DNA of 63,899 nt, filler included, from Octopus bimaculoides (Eukaryota): assembly GCF_001194135.2 (NCBI RefSeq). It is 7 parts of 7 records of this genome, joined end to end, with 100 filler letters (N's around TTAATTAATTAA, not from the genome) between each part and the next. Parts side by side here need not be neighbours in the genome. Positions count along the whole stretch, not along the records: positions 60,129 to 62,598 come from NC_068986.1; positions 62,699 to 63,899 come from NC_069000.1; 5 more parts are not named here. One strand, 5' to 3'. The notes under the pieces are model-generated. The model was not told where the DNA came from, searched no databases, and saw only the letters and a program-made list of their open reading frames with translations. A program made the translations under genes and the position numbers. Of this stretch, positions 61,425-63,899 are shown piece by piece (the stretch's first letter is position 1; every line of letters begins with the position of its first letter).

Positions 61425-61680
61425 AACAACTACAGCTACAACATTTATACACTTCAAGTAATGTCGTGAGTTCGATTCCCGGCGGCGCGTTGTGTCCATA
61501 AGTAAGAGATTTTATTTCACGTTGCTCCATTCCACTCAGCTGGCAAAAATGAGTTCTACCTGTAATTCAAAGGGCAGTCCATGTCACATTCTATGTCATA
61601 CTGAATTTCCCTGAGATCTACGTGAAGTGTACGCATGTCTGTGGAGTGCTCAGCCACTTGCACATTAATTTCACGAGCAA
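61425..61680 (+). mobile_element. SINE family B2, 3' end cut off by a SINE A
   Basis: GAGTTCGATTCCCGGC head; body ends CACATTAATTTCACGAGCA where the SINE A begins. Confidence 0.8.
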
Positions 61681-61815
61681 AATTCTTTTGTAAGCCTAGT
61701 ACTTATTGTATCGGTCTCTTTTGCTGAACCGCTAAGTTACGGGGACGTAAACACACCACCATCGGTTGTCAAGCGATGTTGGGGGCACAAACGCAGACAC
61801 ACAAACATACACACA

Positions 61816-61908
<93 letters not shown>

Positions 61909-62080
61909 ATTTACCACGGGCTTCTTTCAGTTTCCGTCTACCAAATCCACTCACAAGGCTTTGGTCGGCCCGAACCTATAGTAGAAGACACTTGGCCAAG
62001 GTGCCACGCAGTGGGACTTGAACCCGGAACCATGTGATTCGTAAGCAAGCTCCTTACCACACAGCCACTCCTACGCCTAT
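61681..62080 (-). mobile_element. SINE family A, near full length, young
   Basis: High identity to the 42330-42815 copy. Confidence 0.9.
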
Positions 62081-62128
<48 letters not shown>

Positions 62129-62344
62129 CAAATGAGTATATATAATAGACTAACGTATATATGTATATCTATATAAATGTTTATATGTATACATATATTT
62201 GTATCTCTCCCCCTCCCCCCCTCTCTCTCTCTCTCTCTCTCTCCCTCTTTTTTCCCTGCGCCCTTTTGCTTCTTATTGTTGTTTTGTTTTGATTTATTTT
62301 GTTTGTTTTTGTTTTCTCATTTATTTCGCTTTGCTTTCTCTCTA

Positions 62345-62567
62345 CTTTTACTCTTTTACTCTTTTACTTGTTTCAGTCTTTTGACTGTGGCCATGCTGGA
62401 GCACCGCCTTTAGTCGAGCAAATCGACCCCAGGACTTATTCTTTTAGAAGCCTAGTACTTATTCTATCGGTCTCTATTGCCGAACTGCTAAGTTACGGGG
62501 ACATAAACACACCAGCATCGGTTGTCAAGCGATGTTGGGGGGGACAAACACAGACACACAAACACAT

Positions 62568-62598
<31 letters not shown>
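62345..62598 (-). mobile_element. SINE family A 3' half
   Basis: CTCTTTTACTCTTTTACTTG...GGACAAACACAGACAC. Confidence 0.9.
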
Positions 62599-62698
62599 NN
62601 NNNNNNNNNNNNNNNNNNNNNNNNNNNNNNNNNNNNNNNNNNTTAATTAATTAANNNNNNNNNNNNNNNNNNNNNNNNNNNNNNNNNNNNNNNNNNNN
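62599..62698. other. Artificial linker N44-TTAATTAATTAA-N44
   Basis: 12-mer at 62643-62654. Confidence 0.95.
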
Positions 62699-62708
62699 TA
62701 AATATATA

Positions 62709-62820
62709 TCATCATCATCATCATCATCATCATCGTTTAACGTCTGCTTTCCATGCTAGCATGGGTTGGGCGATTTGACTGAGGACTGGTGAAACCGGAT
62801 GGCAACACCAGGCTCCAATC
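62709..62820 (-). mobile_element. RTE long-UTR family 3' terminus
   Basis: CATCATCGTTTAACGTC..CTTTCCATGCTAGCATGGGTTGG..GATTTGACTGAGGACTGG, as at 3839 and 63706. Confidence 0.85.
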
Positions 62821-62833
62821 ATATATATATATT

Positions 62834-62873
<40 letters not shown>

Positions 62874-63668
62874 TCAATAGATGCTAGAAATAACAGCCAC
62901 ATCTCTCTACTGTCTTAAGTAAGAAAGTCCTATTTTAGTCAGTGTAGTCTCAGATTACTTATGAAAAGATGTGATGGTCATGCATGAAGCACTTTTGATC
63001 AGAGTTATGCTCAATCAAGGAAGGCCTAATGCTAAACAACAACAATATTTTTTGTATTATTTATTATTTTTTTCATTTTGAGTGAATATGGTAGACAGAA
63101 ACTGAAAGGAAGCCTATAAACATCTATATATAAATATAAAATACATCAAGTACAGGGCATCACCAACAAGTGAAAAATACGTAGAGACATGAGCGATAAA
63201 TACAGGAAAAATTAACAAAAAATATGCAATAAGAATGGGACATCAGCAACGAGTGAAAAATACATAAACACGTAATGGGAGACAAGTATGGGACAAAATA
63301 CCACAAGAGGTGTAACCCCTTCTCAGTTGTCGATTGTTAATTACTCCTTATTTCAAGCTTTCAACGAGAATATTGGAAAACTTCATTAAACACTAGAATC
63401 CAGAAATTTTTAAAATATATAAAATTTCTGGTGAGTTAGAACAAATGGTGACAGGGTGGTCATACAGAGTAAACAATCAAAGAAGACAAACATTAAGGGT
63501 TGTTAGGCCAAGATGTATTGTAATGGGTAACGTCTGGGAGAAATTTTGAAAGGATATAGAATAAATACAGAGGAAAAAATAGTAGAAGAGAAAAATATTG
63601 TGAGGCAAGAAGAAATGACATCCAGTTAAGTATGTGCTGCATCCAGAAAAGACAAGGGTGATAAAAAA

Positions 63669-63705
<37 letters not shown>

Positions 63706-63706
<1 letters not shown>

Positions 63707-63899
63707 TCATCATCATCGTTTAACGTCCGCTTTCCATGCTAGCATGGGTTGGACGATTTGACTGAGGACTGGTGCAACCAGATGGCTACACCAGGCTCCA
63801 ATCTAATTTGGCAGAGTTTCTACAGCTGGATGCCCTTACTAACGCCAACCACTCAGAGAGTGTAGTGGGTGCTTTTACGTGTCACCCGCACGAAAACGG
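63706..63899 (-). mobile_element. RTE long-UTR family 3' terminus (runs off the window)
   Basis: Highly similar to 3850-4035. Confidence 0.9.

Noticed and set aside
15-63716. Numerous long ORFs made of YI/HT/CV/LS/poly-X residues or spanning N runs
   Set aside because: They are translations of microsatellites and gaps; no coding complexity.

Overview
AT-rich, microsatellite-dense eukaryotic genomic DNA from a short-read assembly. It is most likely an octopus (inferred from the SINE families and the HTGEKPYHCDICGK-type zinc-finger relic). Six identical 100-bp linkers (N44-TTAATTAATTAA-N44) cut the window into seven blocks that may not be adjacent in vivo. Most recognisable sequence is decayed mobile DNA: four SINE-like families, RTE, R4/Dong-like and L1/Tx1 LINE pieces, Gypsy/Mag LTR relics, three mariners, a Tigger, a Chapaev3, MITEs and a non-autonomous Helitron-like element. 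No rRNA, true tRNA, CRISPR array or confidently named gene is present. Non-routine signals: (1) an intact 195-aa, ~37% acidic, LEIPELKE-repeat ORF (32749-33336, minus) next to a locus-restricted ~36-bp decayed minisatellite and local inversions; (2) a type I hammerhead ribozyme with a complete catalytic core and an unusually long stem II (29395-29490), plus several degenerate relatives; (3) candidate minus-strand coding exons of an unidentified gene; (4) a compact CRE/ETS/E-box cluster; (5) a ~9-finger C2H2 pseudogene with an oppositely oriented finger nearby. Coordinates of decayed repeats are approximate, and family names come from motif recognition by eye, not from database searches.
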